From Eledone cirrhosa (taxonomy: Eukaryota): a DNA stretch of 64,000 nt. Numbering within the stretch: the first letter of the stretch is position 1; every line of letters begins with the position of its first letter. The notes beneath the pieces were generated by a model, which searched no databases, had not been told where the DNA came from, and was given only the letters and a program-made list of their open reading frames with translations. The translations under genes and the position numbers were made by a program. The stretch spans positions 48,918,001-48,982,000 of the forward strand of contig OZ024746.1 in the NCBI GenBank assembly GCA_964016885.1, in the 5' to 3' direction. Shown here piece after piece: positions 24,066-39,972 of this stretch.

Positions 24066-25720
24066 CATAGAAAAAAGAATGCAATTGCAAAAGATATTGT
24101 TGACAAATCGTCTTTTACCTTAGATTTATTTAAATGTCCTTAAACTTCGAGATAATATCTCTTCTTCAGAGGGAAATAAAGGTCTCAAACCAGCGTTCTA
24201 AATATCTTGCCAAGCCATGCTGACAGGAAATAGTATAGAGTATCTGTTCTATCTCTAATGTCAAAGAGTTAAAATTAGGTGGATAAAGAGTACTCTCCCT
24301 TTAAAAGGGGTTTGTTTAGGGTTTTTTATTTTTATATACATGCCTGTTTAAGTGTGTGGGAGAATGCATGAAGGTATGTGAGTGTGTGTGTGTATGTGTG
24401 AGAAGATAAGTCTATTCGTAAATGTGGGGGATAGGTGTTATCTGGTGTTAGAACTGGTTTTGTGTGTGTATGTGTGAGAGAGAATAAGTGGAGGTGTAAG
24501 CGTGTGTGTGTGTGCGTGCGTGTGTGTGTGTGGGGTGTGTAAATATGGGGCTAGAAGCCCTATCAGGTTATAAATTGGGTGTTGAGTTCTAGTCTATTAT
24601 TGGTTGGTGTTTGTGTTTTATCTATAATTAGTGCTTCCTTAATTCTAAGATTGCCGAGGTTTCTTTCCTTAGTTTCTATCCTAACTGTTATGGTTTTATC
24701 GGTGTTTCTGCATTTAATTAGGTGTTTCTTAAATGAGGAAGCGTTAGTATTGAGGTGTTCTTTTATTCTTATGTGGAGTGGTCTGGTGGTGCTACCTACG
24801 TAGAAGTTGTTGCATTTGTCACACTCTAGTCTGTATACGACGTAAGCCTGGTGGCATAGGTCTGTGTCGTTGATGGGGCAGTTGGCTAGTCTGCAGCAGT
24901 TGTCATGTCTGGTGGAGTGTCTTTTGGTTAGCTCTCCGCGTAGAGAAGGACCTGAGTGGGCCAGTTGGATATCTAGTCCCTCTCGTCTGATGGCTCTGCG
25001 GATGGCTGTTGTTGTTTCTTCACTGAAGTGTGGGAGCTTCAGGAAGCAAGTGTTAGTGCCTCGGGTGTGGTGTCCTCTGTTCTTTCTGGCACGGTTTGTG
25101 GTGGATGTCGTGTATCCGTTCAGTTTGAGTACTTCCAGGAAATATGTGGTGTGTGTGTCTCGGTCTCTAGCGTCGGTGCATTTGTTCCGGATACGTGTCA
25201 GTTCGTTCTTTATGTATCCGAACTTGGCACCGAGTGGGAGGGCCGATCTGAAATGTACGAACAGGTCCCTGCTGGCGGCTTTTTTATAGAAGCAGGTGTG
25301 GATGTTGCTTTCCTCTGTTACCCTGAGTTGGAAGTCCAGTAGGGATAGGGATCCGCGGTCATCGGGGTGTTCCATGCTGAACTTTATACTGGCGTCCATG
25401 CTGGAGAATGTTGTGTATATTTTATCTGCCTCCTCACGGGATGATGTAAGGATGTCATCTACATATCGGGTAAAGAATGCATGGGAATGGCAGGTGTTGA
25501 GGGCTCGGCATTCTAGCTGGTTCATGTAGGTGATGGCCAGCAGGCCCGATAGGCTGGATCCCATGGGTAATCCTGTTGTATATTATCTCGAAGATTAAGG
25601 ACATTTAAATAAATCTAAGGTAAAAGACGATTTGTCAACAATATCTTTTGCAATTGCATTCTTTTTTCTATGTCCATACCTGCATTGTTTTGGCTTTATT
25701 ATACATATTCAAACGTTTAA
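24066..25720 (-). mobile_element. 5'-truncated Penelope-like element with inverted pseudo-LTR
   Basis: 24066-24158 is the reverse complement of 25580-25673; encloses an RT-GIY-YIG ORF; (TA)n after a short tail. Confidence 0.85.
24563..25564 (-). CDS. PLE RT C-terminus plus GIY-YIG endonuclease (partial)
   Basis: MGSSLS, RYVDD, VVYRLECDKC..FYVGSTTRPLHIRIKEH, KEALII. Confidence 0.88.
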   Translation of the reverse strand: MGSSLSGLLAITYMNQLECRALNTCHSHAFFTRYVDDILTSSREEADKIYTTFSSMDASIKFSMEHPDDRGSLSLLDFQLRVTEESNIHTCFYKKAASRDLFVHFRSALPLGAKFGYIKNELTRIRNKCTDARDRDTHTTYFLEVLKLNGYTTSTTNRARKNRGHHTRGTNTCFLKLPHFSEETTTAIRRAIRREGLDIQLAHSGPSLRGELTKRHSTRHDNCCRLANCPINDTDLCHQAYVVYRLECDKCNNFYVGSTTRPLHIRIKEHLNTNASSFKKHLIKCRNTDKTITVRIETKERNLGNLRIKEALIIDKTQTPTNNRLELNTQFIT

Positions 25721-25949
25721 TATATATATATATATATATATCCGTCTAACATGTAAATATATGTGTGTGTATATATGTTAATACATATATGCGTGTTTGT
25801 GTATGAGCATACATGTGCATATATGTATAAGTGCGCGCGGGCGTCTCAGAAAATTCGATTTTTTATTTTAAAAAAAGTATTGTTAGTTAAAAGTTCAATT
25901 GAATTAGTTTCACCATATCGAAACTTGTAAATACTCCGTCTTATATTGA

Positions 25950-26400
25950 TATGATCTAACATTACTTAATAGCGTTGTGCCATGGTCAATTACTAAAACC
26001 ATAGAACACAACACAAAGAAATATGGAAATAGGAATGTTAGAAATCAGAACATTGTGAATGGTTAAGTACGCAAGCAATTGTTCAAGAAACCTTTAAATA
26101 TATTAAATGAAGGAAATATGAGTGGGCGGTGCATGACACATGAAAACACATGAAAACACGGACATATGAAAACAGATAAATATATGTATTTCTGTATAAA
26201 TGTGGCTAGTTCAGAGAAGACCGCTTATGAAATGGAGAAATAAGATCGATAAGTTTATGGATTATGGACATTATATGTATAAGAACTGCACAGAATTGAA
26301 ACAATTAGACCATATTTTAGAAGGTCTTTACTTTGCATAGCTGCTGAATCATGGCATACTAGAATCTGAGAACGATGATCGTGAATTTTATATTTATGGT
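25950..26400 (+). pseudogene. Possible decayed RTE-type LINE 3' fragment
   Basis: YGHYMY...LDHILEG resembles the RTE FGHIMR...ILEG segment. Confidence 0.25.
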
Positions 26401-26615
26401 TTAGATGCAAGAGAAGGATATTGAGGAATCTGATATTTATAGTTTACATGCAGGGATAATTGTAATTGTCATATCCCATATTATCAAAATATAAAACCTA
26501 AACATTCAAAATGATGTCATCACTATTGAGCAACTTGATCAGAGATCATTTAACACGTCGTTACTGAAATGGAAGCAACATGTGGCTGTTCTTAATGCGA
26601 ACTGCCTTCTCAATG

Positions 26616-26666
<51 letters not shown>

Positions 26667-26667
<1 letters not shown>

Positions 26668-26856
26668 GAAGGAAGTGTGCTAAGAAAGTAGGTGGACCAT
26701 AACGCACCAGAGCACTCGATACATACGGTAGTAGAGTGGGTAATAGGAAAAGAGTCAGGATCCTGACAGCTGAGCTACGACCGTTTCAACAGCTAGATCT
26801 GAAGTTCAGATCTAGCTGTCGAAACGGCCGGAACTCAGCCGTCGGTGTTCTTTCCT
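26667..26856 (-). mobile_element. Short PLE pLTR fold-back fragment related to the 60.5-64 kb family
   Basis: Palindrome at about 26757-26850 centred on GATCTGAAGTTCAGATC; GAAAC-ggtc-GTA HHR half; tail homologous to 55408-55486 and 62600-62690; (TA)n flanks. Confidence 0.7.
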
Positions 26857-26874
26857 ATATATATATATATATAT

Positions 26875-27468
26875 ATAAATTAATAAAAACAATGAAATAA
26901 AAGCAAAGAACAAGTTCCTTATATTAAAAAATTCATCATTTTACGATCGTTTCTGGGATGTATGTGTGTGTTGGTATGTATATCATATAGATCTATGTAA
27001 AAATATTACAAATTATCAGAGTAAATATGCATAACTTCACATATACATGCCGTCCTCTGAGGACGGCATGTACATGTGAAGGTATGTATATGTAAAAATA
27101 TTACAAATTATCAGAGGAAATATTCATACCTTCACATATACATGCCGTCCTCTGAGGACGGCATGTATATGTGAAGGTATGTATATTTCCTCTGATAATT
27201 TGTAATATTTTTATATAGATCTATATGATATACATACCAACACACATATATATCCCAGAAACGATCGTAAAATGATGAATTTTTTAATATAAGGAATTTG
27301 TTCTTTGTTTTTATTTCATTGTTTTTATTAATTTATCATGACTTTATTTTCCTATGATTTTTATCGAAAATCTTTGAATGCTTCTTCTCTTTTCATGATA
27401 TTTGGATTACATTGAGTTCTTCATACGGATTGGACACTACCGTATATTTTGGTAGATTTATCTTCACA
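26875..27468 (+). mobile_element. Fold-back element (arms about 26875-27060 and 27145-27335) with HHR and 3' tail
   Basis: Inverted arms; CTGAGGA at 27152 ... GAAAC-gatc-GTA at 27258-27269; flanked by (TA)n. Confidence 0.75.
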
Positions 27469-27532
27469 TATATATATATATAAAGAATGAATAATAACAG
27501 GTAGATATCATAAAAAGGTAATTTATTCTGTG

Positions 27533-27644
27533 TGCTTACAAATGTTTCCACGGTGCTTATACAGACTATTTATGCTATGTGCAAATTTATAACTATTTGC
27601 AAAACTCAATTATCAAATGCTGTGACCACTGTATCATCAGAGCA
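27533..27644 (-). ncRNA. Hammerhead ribozyme motif with extended helix II
   Basis: Minus strand: TGCT-CTGATGA-tacagtgg...caccgtg-GAAA-C-attt-G-TA-AGCA; the mirror copy at 27786-27897 has GAAA changed to GACA. Confidence 0.65.
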
Positions 27645-27949
27645 GAATGGTTAAAAAGTAAAATGTCATTTTACATTTTAACCATTCTGCTCTGATGATA
27701 CAGTGGTCTGATGATACAAATATTATTTTACATTTTAACCATTCTGCTCTGATGATACAAATGTCATTTTACATTTTAACCATTCTGCTCTGATGATACA
27801 GTGGCCACAGCATTTGATAATTGAGTTTTGCAAATAGTTATAAATTTGCACATAGCATAACTAGGCTGTATAACCACCGTGGACACATTTGTAAGCACAC
27901 AGAATAAATTACCTTTTTATGATGTCTACCTGTTATTATTCATTCTTTA

Positions 27950-28133
27950 AGGCGGTGAATTGGCAGCATCGGTAGAAAGTCGGACGCCATGCTTTCCAGT
28001 ATAGATACGTCTCTTTACGGTCTGAGTTCAAATCCCGCCGAGGTTAACTTTGCCTTTCATCCTTACGGGTCGATAAAATAAAGTACTAGTAATGTACTGG
28101 GTAATTGCTGGCCTTGTGCCAAAAGTAGAAACA
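27950..28133 (+). mobile_element. Full-length MetaSINE-like tRNA-derived SINE with 15-bp TSD
   Basis: A-box TGGCAGCATCGG, B-box GAGTTCAAATC; TSD ATTATTCATTCTTTA at 27935-27949 and 28134-28148. Confidence 0.88.
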
Positions 28134-28827
28134 ATTATTCATTCTTTATCTACACTCCGGAATACAGAAGGATCAGGAACTGAGTTTCTTCAACTATTCT
28201 TCCATAACTCGTTGAGTAACCTCTCACTGTACGTCAACTCTATCCAGTGTAGTAATTAACCATTATTGCATCCAGGATAATCCTATATATATATATATAT
28301 ATATATATAGTAATAATAATAAATGCGAAGACTAAAATGATATATATATATATAGTAATAATAATAAATGTGGAGACTAAAATCCAAAGAGGGCTCGATA
28401 AGGATAAATAAATATCAAATATATAAGAACCCTAGAGCAAATATTTGCTTAAACTTTAATCTGTTATTATAATATATATATATATATATTGTTATACTTG
28501 GGGAGGGTCATATTGTAATAATATTGCCAGAAATAATAACAGAACTCACTCACTGTTTGGTTGGTTTTCGCTTCTGTATCTTTTATATCTCCACAGTTAA
28601 TTCATTTGGTCCAACGGTCAAAAATACAGCTATATATTTGTATATATATATATAATAGTAGAAGACTGGTGGGTTATGTCTGCTGTAGTAGAGCACTCAG
28701 TGCATGGGACAAGTTTGGTAGAAGTAGTTCCACAACAGTTAGTTCACCATACCGAGAACAAATATTAGGATCCGAATAAGGTGAAACATTTGTTCTCGGT
28801 ATGGTGAACTAACTGTTGTGGCACTAC

Positions 28828-28832
28828 TTCTC

Positions 28833-28898
<66 letters not shown>

Positions 28899-28950
28899 TA
28901 TATATATGTTTGTATGTGTATGTGTGTGCGTGTGCGTGTGTGTATGTGTG

Positions 28951-29042
<92 letters not shown>

Positions 29043-29070
29043 TGTGTATGTGTATGTGTGTGTATGTGTT
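28828..29070. repeat. (CT)n and (TG)n microsatellites
   Basis: Direct reading. Confidence 0.95.
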
Positions 29071-29626
29071 TATTTTTACATATATAGATATATGTATGTA
29101 CATATATACATATATGTGAGTGGGTGGGATTTCTTATATATAGTTTTCTGACTGTCGTTACATAAACCTTCAATGGCTTTCCATGCTGCTAGCTTTCCTT
29201 TTATTTTCACCATTCTCTTATCGCTGTCGTTTTCACTATCACATATTACATTTCCATTATTCTTCACCATCATAATAATTTTCCCCATTTTCAATACCTT
29301 AACACCGGTTAACATTGGATTTTATGTTCCCCAATCGACTGATTCTGCCCGTAACCTCAAACTCGTCTTCTTTATAACGGTGATAAAGGTATTCCCTTAT
29401 TCAAACTATACATATATACAAACACACACGTCAACAAACACACTCACACATATATATAGACATGTGTATATACAAACATATATACATACACATATATATA
29501 CACATACATATATATATGCATATATATAATTATGTATATGTATATATATATATGCATATATATATATGTATATATACATATATATATATGTATATATATA
29601 TATACTTATATATGTATATATATATG

Positions 29627-29659
<33 letters not shown>

Positions 29660-29727
29660 GTATATATACACATATATATACATATATATGAAATATAGGA
29701 ATCAAAGAACTGTTCAAAACATTATTG

Positions 29728-29774
29728 TGCTTACAGCTGTTTCCTCCAAACCGAGGTTTGGTTTCTTCGGAGCA
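29728..29774 (-). ncRNA. Minimal hammerhead ribozyme motif (CCGAAGA core variant)
   Basis: TGCT-CCGAAGA-hairpin(ccaaacc/ggtttgg)-GAAA-C-agct-G-TA-AGCA; mirror copy at 32927-32973 (+) with core CCAAAGA. Confidence 0.6.
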
Positions 29775-31152
29775 ATTTATTAATGAATGGACAGTTATAT
29801 GACCTCCTTTTCAGCCAAGAGACATACCGATACATATGCAAATATTGTGGGTCAACATTCATTACAGAATTTAGAGTGGCAGTACACACTTCGAGATTAC
29901 ATTCATATTAAAAGGTACAATCAAAAATCAAAAATACAGGTTAAAATACAACATGAAGATAAGCGGTTATATAGTGCAAATGTTATATGTGTGGCAAGCA
30001 GAGATGTGTGGCAGAGAGATACGTGTAGTAGAGACACTTAGGTAGGTAAACAAGAGTGTTAGGTTGGTTGATCTGGTGGCAAATTCTTTATATGATTGAT
30101 ATAGTCTGTGAGTGGAGAAATGATATCAACATTAAAAATAGTGCAAGCATTAAAAATATTAAAAATATTAAAAGTATTGGAGATGCACAGCGAAGGGATG
30201 ACAAGTACTTCATGTACTTCGACATTTTCATGGTCAGGGGAGTGTATTTTTCGATTATATGCCCCTCACATAATCCACGACAATTCGATATTGAGCGTTT
30301 GACAATCCAGTTAGAGAATCGTAGTCTGATGTTCATTAGTTCAATGCAGGAGGCTGTTACGTTTCGAGAAACGACATTGAATACCACCCGGAAGTGTGTG
30401 TGTGGCTAAGGGGAGTTAATGCATGAGGGGAGGTAACTCCGGGGTTTCCTATACCTAGCTATTGAAATGTGTCTCAATATAGACCCTAATTTCTATGGTT
30501 ATGCGCAACTTCCAAAAAATTTCTAAAGCATAAAGTGTTTTAACTATAGAGTAGTTTAATTAAGTTGTGCTGAAGGTCTTCGTATTATTATGGTGAATTA
30601 ATGATCTCTGTGGTTGTAGTCTACTCATAGGACCAGGCGCGGTGGTTGCAGAATCACTTCAAGACACAATCATCTCTGGTAAGTTCTGGGTCATCGCTTG
30701 CTACATTTGATGTCGAGAGATAATCATCACCAGGTCCGGCCAGAGGTCAATCCACAGTCCTCACGACCCCTCTCTGACCGCCAAATCTTCCATATATGTA
30801 CAACCCGCACGCCAGTTGCAATTCTCTGCGCTCAGCGTCCTGGTCCTACTGCTCAACAGCGTTACTAGATTAAATCGTTTTTCATCTGTCTAAGGAAGGC
30901 ACTTCCTCCGCACAACTCTACCAAACCAATCAATTCATGCTCAAATTACCTATAGAGCGGTGTAGTGCAGTTCAAGTGGGTGGATGTTGTCACACCTGAC
31001 GTAGAGGTATAAATGGGTATTCTCCCTGCGAAGGGTTCCAGAGGGATGTCGTTGTTTGTGTTATATTAGATCAGTTAGTGTTGGGTATGTGGTATAAGGT
31101 GTGCCCCTGGTGTTTGATGCTAGATGTGGTGTTTGGTTCAAGTCCGACATTG

Positions 31153-32775
31153 CTATATATTGGGCTTAAAGTTTTGGAAGGAATGTCTGAAGCGGTGCTG
31201 GCAAGTTGCAAACACCTCAGATTTTTTGTTAAGTAGGTTACGGTTGGAGAAGATAATATTGTGGGTCTCTAGTATACAGAGGTTACAAAATTTATTAGGT
31301 GGTTTGTACGAGGTCGCGCTGCCTATCACTTCCCATTTGAGTGTGTATGGTTTATTTTTAGTTTTTAGATAGTGTATGTAGCTAGAAAGTGAGGTGGAGT
31401 TGGCTAGGCTGTGCTTTTTGAACGAGTGGATGTGCGAATTATATCTGATTTTGAAGCAGTTAGAAGTGGAGCCTACATAGGTTTCTGAAGAGTTGCTAGT
31501 TGTGACGGTGCATGAGTATATGATATCCTTGGTTAGGCATTTTTTATCTAAAGGGCAGGTTCTATTAGCTCTACAGTTACAATTATCCTGTGTGTTAGTC
31601 TGCTGGTTATAATGCAGTGCAGACGTCTGGGTGGTAGCTATAGGATTTTGGACATTCGGGTTGTCAACCCCGGTGTTATTTCTTATACTAGTGTTATTTC
31701 TATTGTTACTGCCGTTACTATGGTTGCTTGCTACAGAGGTATTTAGAAGGTTTGCATCCTGTTGTGATTTTGTTTGTTGGAAGTAAGAATTAATTTTACT
31801 TTTATTGCTGCTAGCTATGTGGTATGCTAAGTTAGGCGTCGTAGAGTATGAGATTTTAATAGTGTTTTTGTTTAAAAGGTTGTGGTACTTGTGTCCTAGA
31901 GGGAAGTTTTTATCTAGTAGTGAGAAGAAAGCCCTAGGTATGTTGGTGGAGACATTTAGGTTGAAAGGAGGGTTGAAAAATGTATTATTTCTTCTTCTAT
32001 TTTTGTTTTTAGTGTTTGGTGTGTTGTTTCTTCCTAAGGCAGCACAGTAGTTTCCATGGTAATGGTTACTTCCGGTGGCACCCTCCGCTTTGGTGTACTT
32101 GTGGTTGCTATTCCTATTATTAGGTTTCCTCATGGACATGTGCGAGATGATGTTGCAGCTATGTGTTTTCTTAGGTAGGAACTCAATTTCTATATTATGG
32201 CCGGATCTAGCTAATGCTTGATTGTAATATTGTGAGTTTTTGCTAAATATGTTTGCGTCATAGGACAGACTAGAGATTCTATTAGACACCCCCTTAGAGA
32301 TAGAGTTTAATATTGATCTAGGGTGATTAGACTTGGTATCTACGTAAATGAGTTTTTCGTTAGGCTTATGGAAAGCTGTATATATTTTTGAGTCTAGGTA
32401 TAGTGTGGCGTCTAGGAAGTTAACATTTTTAGTGTTTTTGTCCATGGTGATACTAAGGTTAAAGTTTTTGAATGTCTTATGCAATTGTTTTCTAGTTCTT
32501 TCTATATTAAATTTTTTATATTCTATAAGTAGAAGTGCATCATCGCGGTACAAACCACTGTTGAGGTAAGGGGGGTCCTTATGGATTTCATTGAGAAGGT
32601 ATAGGCCGACCAAATCAGTGACCTGCGCCGAGTCACTAGATCCCATGGTTATGTCGAAGTTGTTGTGCGTATCCTTGCGTGTCCATAGTTGGTCCTCGAA
32701 GGTGATTATGGTTTTACGGGCCGCAAGGATGACATCAATCTGGGCTCTAGTCAGGTCGCTATTGTTCATGGCCAT
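31153..32775 (-). CDS. PLE RT (partial) plus Cys-rich linker plus GIY-YIG endonuclease, probably Hydra-like
   Basis: FDITMGSSDSAQVTDLVG, GLYRDD, NFLD, CNCR..CPL..CL, IIY...YVGST, CNLC..E, CQH. Confidence 0.88.
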   Translation of the reverse strand: MAMNNSDLTRAQIDVILAARKTIITFEDQLWTRKDTHNNFDITMGSSDSAQVTDLVGLYLLNEIHKDPPYLNSGLYRDDALLLIEYKKFNIERTRKQLHKTFKNFNLSITMDKNTKNVNFLDATLYLDSKIYTAFHKPNEKLIYVDTKSNHPRSILNSISKGVSNRISSLSYDANIFSKNSQYYNQALARSGHNIEIEFLPKKTHSCNIISHMSMRKPNNRNSNHKYTKAEGATGSNHYHGNYCAALGRNNTPNTKNKNRRRNNTFFNPPFNLNVSTNIPRAFFSLLDKNFPLGHKYHNLLNKNTIKISYSTTPNLAYHIASSNKSKINSYFQQTKSQQDANLLNTSVASNHSNGSNNRNNTSIRNNTGVDNPNVQNPIATTQTSALHYNQQTNTQDNCNCRANRTCPLDKKCLTKDIIYSCTVTTSNSSETYVGSTSNCFKIRYNSHIHSFKKHSLANSTSLSSYIHYLKTKNKPYTLKWEVIGSATSYKPPNKFCNLCILETHNIIFSNRNLLNKKSEVFATCQHRFRHSFQNFKPNI

Positions 32776-33195
32776 GATAAGTGCCTTATTTAATATGAAT
32801 GTAATCTCGAAGTGTGTACTGCCACTCTAAATTCTGTAATGAATGTTGACCCACAATATTTGCATATGTATCGGTATGTCTCTTGGCTGAAAAGGAGGTC
32901 ATATAACTGTCCATTCATTAATAAATTGCTCCAAAGAATCCAAACCTCGGTTTGGAGGAAACAGCTGTAAGCACAATAATGTTTTGAACAGTTCTTTGAT
33001 TCCTATATTTCATATAACTGCTCTGTAAATCATCTGATGTTTTTACAATGAGCTACTTAACTTACTGGTAATAAGGTAGTAATACATTACTGCCTACCAC
33101 TATTTAGGGTTTGTATAAAAAATACATATAGCTGCTTAAGGTTTTTGTATTTACATAACCATAAATAGTAAAATTAATACTATACATATATATAC

Positions 33196-33282
<87 letters not shown>

Positions 33283-33301
33283 TATATATACATACATATA
33301 A

Positions 33302-33400
<99 letters not shown>

Positions 33401-33797
33401 TATATGTATGTATATATACATATATATATATATATAAAAATTAGAATTGGAGCTCTGAAATAACAATATATATATGGATGTATATATAATGTATTTTGCA
33501 ATACACTTTATGCTTAATTAAAAGCATTTTGAAGACCGTAAGCTATTGTTTTTTTTAGAGTAGTGACAAATTCACTTACTTTGATCTCAGCAAACAGGGG
33601 AGATAAGCCGACAAGCCCTTGTTTCGCTTTTGTTGAAGTTTATCAAGGCTAACTACTCCCATGTGTCTACCGAGATCAATGATGTTATATTCTTATAGAA
33701 TTCTAGTAAATAATCAGGAGCTGATTATGCAGAGCGGTTGTTGGTCAGGCAGAAATTAAAAATTAGAATTGGAGCAAAATACATTATATATACATCC

Positions 33798-33833
<36 letters not shown>

Positions 33834-33885
33834 ATGTATATATATATGTATATATACACTTATATATATATACACATATATACAC

Positions 33886-33985
<100 letters not shown>

Positions 33986-34011
33986 AGATACATACATATA
34001 TATATATATAT

Positions 34012-34215
34012 GTGGTTAGATAACTGGATTCACAATCTTGAGTTTGTGAGTTCGATTCCTGGACCAGGCGATGCGTTATGTCCTTGAGCAAGACACTTTA
34101 TTTCACGTTGCTCCTTCTACCTGGAGTTGCGACCGATAGATAGTACTAGCAACTGGAAAGACCAACGGAAACATTGTTTCCTCGGTCCGATTTGACGAAA
34201 GTCGATCGATGGATT
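34012..34215 (+). mobile_element. CORE-SINE-like tRNA-derived SINE fragment
   Basis: B-box GAGTTCGATTCC followed by CORE-like TGTCCTTGAGCAAGACACTT. Confidence 0.7.
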
Positions 34216-34231
34216 AAAATATATATATATA

Positions 34232-37575
<3,344 letters not shown>

Positions 37576-38058
37576 ATATTAAATATTAAATAAATGGAAA
37601 CTATATTTATAAAACCATATTTATTTCATTATATATATTTCAGGGATATCATATTAACAATATGCTATGCCTTCCTCAGACAAAATACAATATAAACAGT
37701 TTTATAAATAAATAGATTTGACATACCGTAACAACATCGACTTGTATTTGAAAAGTTGAATTGGCAGTGAAAAAATTGTACACAGAGAGAAAAGAGAGAA
37801 AAAAAGGAAAGAAAGACAGAAAACGAAGAAAAAGAAGAAAAAAAAGAAGAAATGCATGGAACAAAATAGAGGGATGGAAAGATAGATAAAGAGAAGAACT
37901 TCATGTAAAGAAACAGAGAGATATATATATATATAGAGAGAGAGAGGAAATAGAGATATATATATATATATAGAAAACTAGGTAGTGGGACGTCCGTTGA
38001 GTAAACGTATCAATGATACATTTATTTATTTATTTATTTATTTAGCTCTAGTATTAAT

Positions 38059-38242
38059 TGTTTCTACTTTAGGCACAAGGCCAGCAATTACCCAGTGCAT
38101 TACTGGTACTTTATTTTATCGACCCCGTAAGGATGAAAGGCAAATTCAACCTCGGCGGGATTTGAACTCAGATCGTAAAGGGACGTAACTATGCTGGAAA
38201 GCATGGCGTCCGACCCTCTACCGATACTGCCAATCCACCGCC
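38059..38242 (-). mobile_element. Full-length MetaSINE-like SINE with 11-bp TSD
   Basis: TSD CTAGTATTAAT at 38048-38058 and 38243-38253; empty site in the opposite arm at 42212-42222. Confidence 0.9.
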
Positions 38243-38926
38243 CTAGTATTAATGTAAGGGAGATATATGTGGTTAGGAGAGAAACCAGCTGTTATATAGA
38301 GAGAAAAATTAAAAATAACCAGACATAGGCGAGGCATAAAAACCCTTATGTTTTAATGTAGAGGTATTAGTATGTATAAAAACCAGCCACTATATTGTAA
38401 ATATCAGTATTCCTGAATGAGACATGTATCCATAATGTGTGAAAAGTAATGATCTTATGTTTAGTTTTTTTTTTTTAAATTCATATGTTTATGTGATAAC
38501 TACAAACATCTATGTGAATTTACATGATCAACTCTGCAAACCCTAAGTTCACGGAAAACATTCTCATTGTGCTATAAAAATTTAAGTATACATATATGTG
38601 TATATATATACACACACATATATATAGAGTCAATATTACTACTATTCCTGTCTTTACTCTACAAGCAGAAATAGAGAGCAGATTTCAATATACTAATAAA
38701 AATATATATCAGAAACAAAACCAAAAAATAACAATAATAATAATAATAAGTAATAATAAAATAGAAAACTAAAAAATATTACGAAAGAATATTACATATT
38801 AAAAATATTACATATTAAAAATATTAAACATAAAAATATTAGAAAATACTACAATAATAAAAATAAACCACAAAGATCAACCCTTCAAAATTAATTGATA
38901 ATATATTGCCAAGTTCATTATTAGCA

Positions 38927-39930
38927 TCAGAGTCGAAAAACAGATAAAGCTTTGGTGGATGAGTAGGTTAATTTTATAGTATGTCTATTGAAAATTGAGT
39001 GATACCTATGTGTTCTAGGGAAGCGATTATCAAGAGCTTTAAAAAATAGTTTAGCGATGTGGGTTTTAATGTTTAGTGAGAAAGGGGGGGCAAACCAAAT
39101 TATGTTCCTAGTTCTATTTCTTTTTTGGCCTTTGGAATTATTGTAATGCTTTCTATTATAGTTGTTAAGGTTGTTGCCGTAATTAAAATAGTTGTTATTT
39201 TGTTTAGTTTGTCTATCATTATCTATGTACATAATCTTAACAGCATATCCTGCTCTAGCTAATGCTTCATTGTAGTATTGGGCTTTTTCGTCGAAAATCT
39301 TTCTATTCGACGAGATCCTAGAGATACGTTTTTGAACAGAGTTTACTATAGTGTTTTTGACAGATCTGGGGTGGTTAGAGTTAAAGTTGACATAGTTTAA
39401 GTTTTCATTCAACTTGTGAAAAGGATAGTGAAGACATGTGTTGAGATTTAATGTTATATCTAGGAAATTGACTATTCTATGGTTGTTCTCAATTTCTATT
39501 TTAAGATTAAAGTAATTAAAAAATTGTGTAATTTGTTTACATTTTCTATTTAGTTCAGAGTTATTATTATCAATAAGTAAAAGCATGTCATCTCTATATA
39601 AACCTCCGGTAGTACCAGGTATTTTCCTATGTAGCGAATTGATTAAAAATAAGCCCACAAGGTCAGTTACCTGAGCTGAGTCGGATGATCCCATAGTAAT
39701 GTCAAAATTGCTATCTCTATCTGCTCTGGTCCATAGTTGGTCATTAAATTCTATCAAAGTTTTCCTAGCCGATAATATAATATGCATTTCATTGCTAGTT
39801 AGGTCAGTATGTTTGAATGCGTAATTTAGTGCCTTATTTAGTAGATTAGGGGTAATAGAAGAATAATAGTTAGCAATATCAAGTTGAATAAACTTATTAT
39901 TATTGTTATATTTAATTTGCTTAAACCACT
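38927..39930 (-). pseudogene. PLE RT fragment, endonuclease deleted
   Basis: DIANYYSSI...GGLYRDD; after TYSSTK it jumps directly into the 3' UTR. Confidence 0.85.
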
Positions 39931-39972
39931 CAATGGACCAGAGCAGATAGAGATAGCAATTTTGACATTACT

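Larger units (their letters stand above)
27481..28283 (+). mobile_element. Fold-back element (arms about 27481-27660 and 27770-27949) with HHR; SINE inserted at the arm/tail boundary
   Basis: Inverted arms, triplicated CATTCTGCTCTGATGATACA at the centre, (TA)n flanks. Confidence 0.75.
29686..33180 (-). mobile_element. Penelope-like element with inverted pLTRs (about 29686-29912 and 32790-33015)
   Basis: About 225-bp inverted repeats flanking an RT-GIY-YIG ORF and a long 3' UTR; (TA)n flanks. Confidence 0.88.

Noticed and set aside
27950-28045. A-box and B-box suggesting a tRNA gene
   Set aside because: No cloverleaf; followed by SINE body and tail and flanked by a TSD
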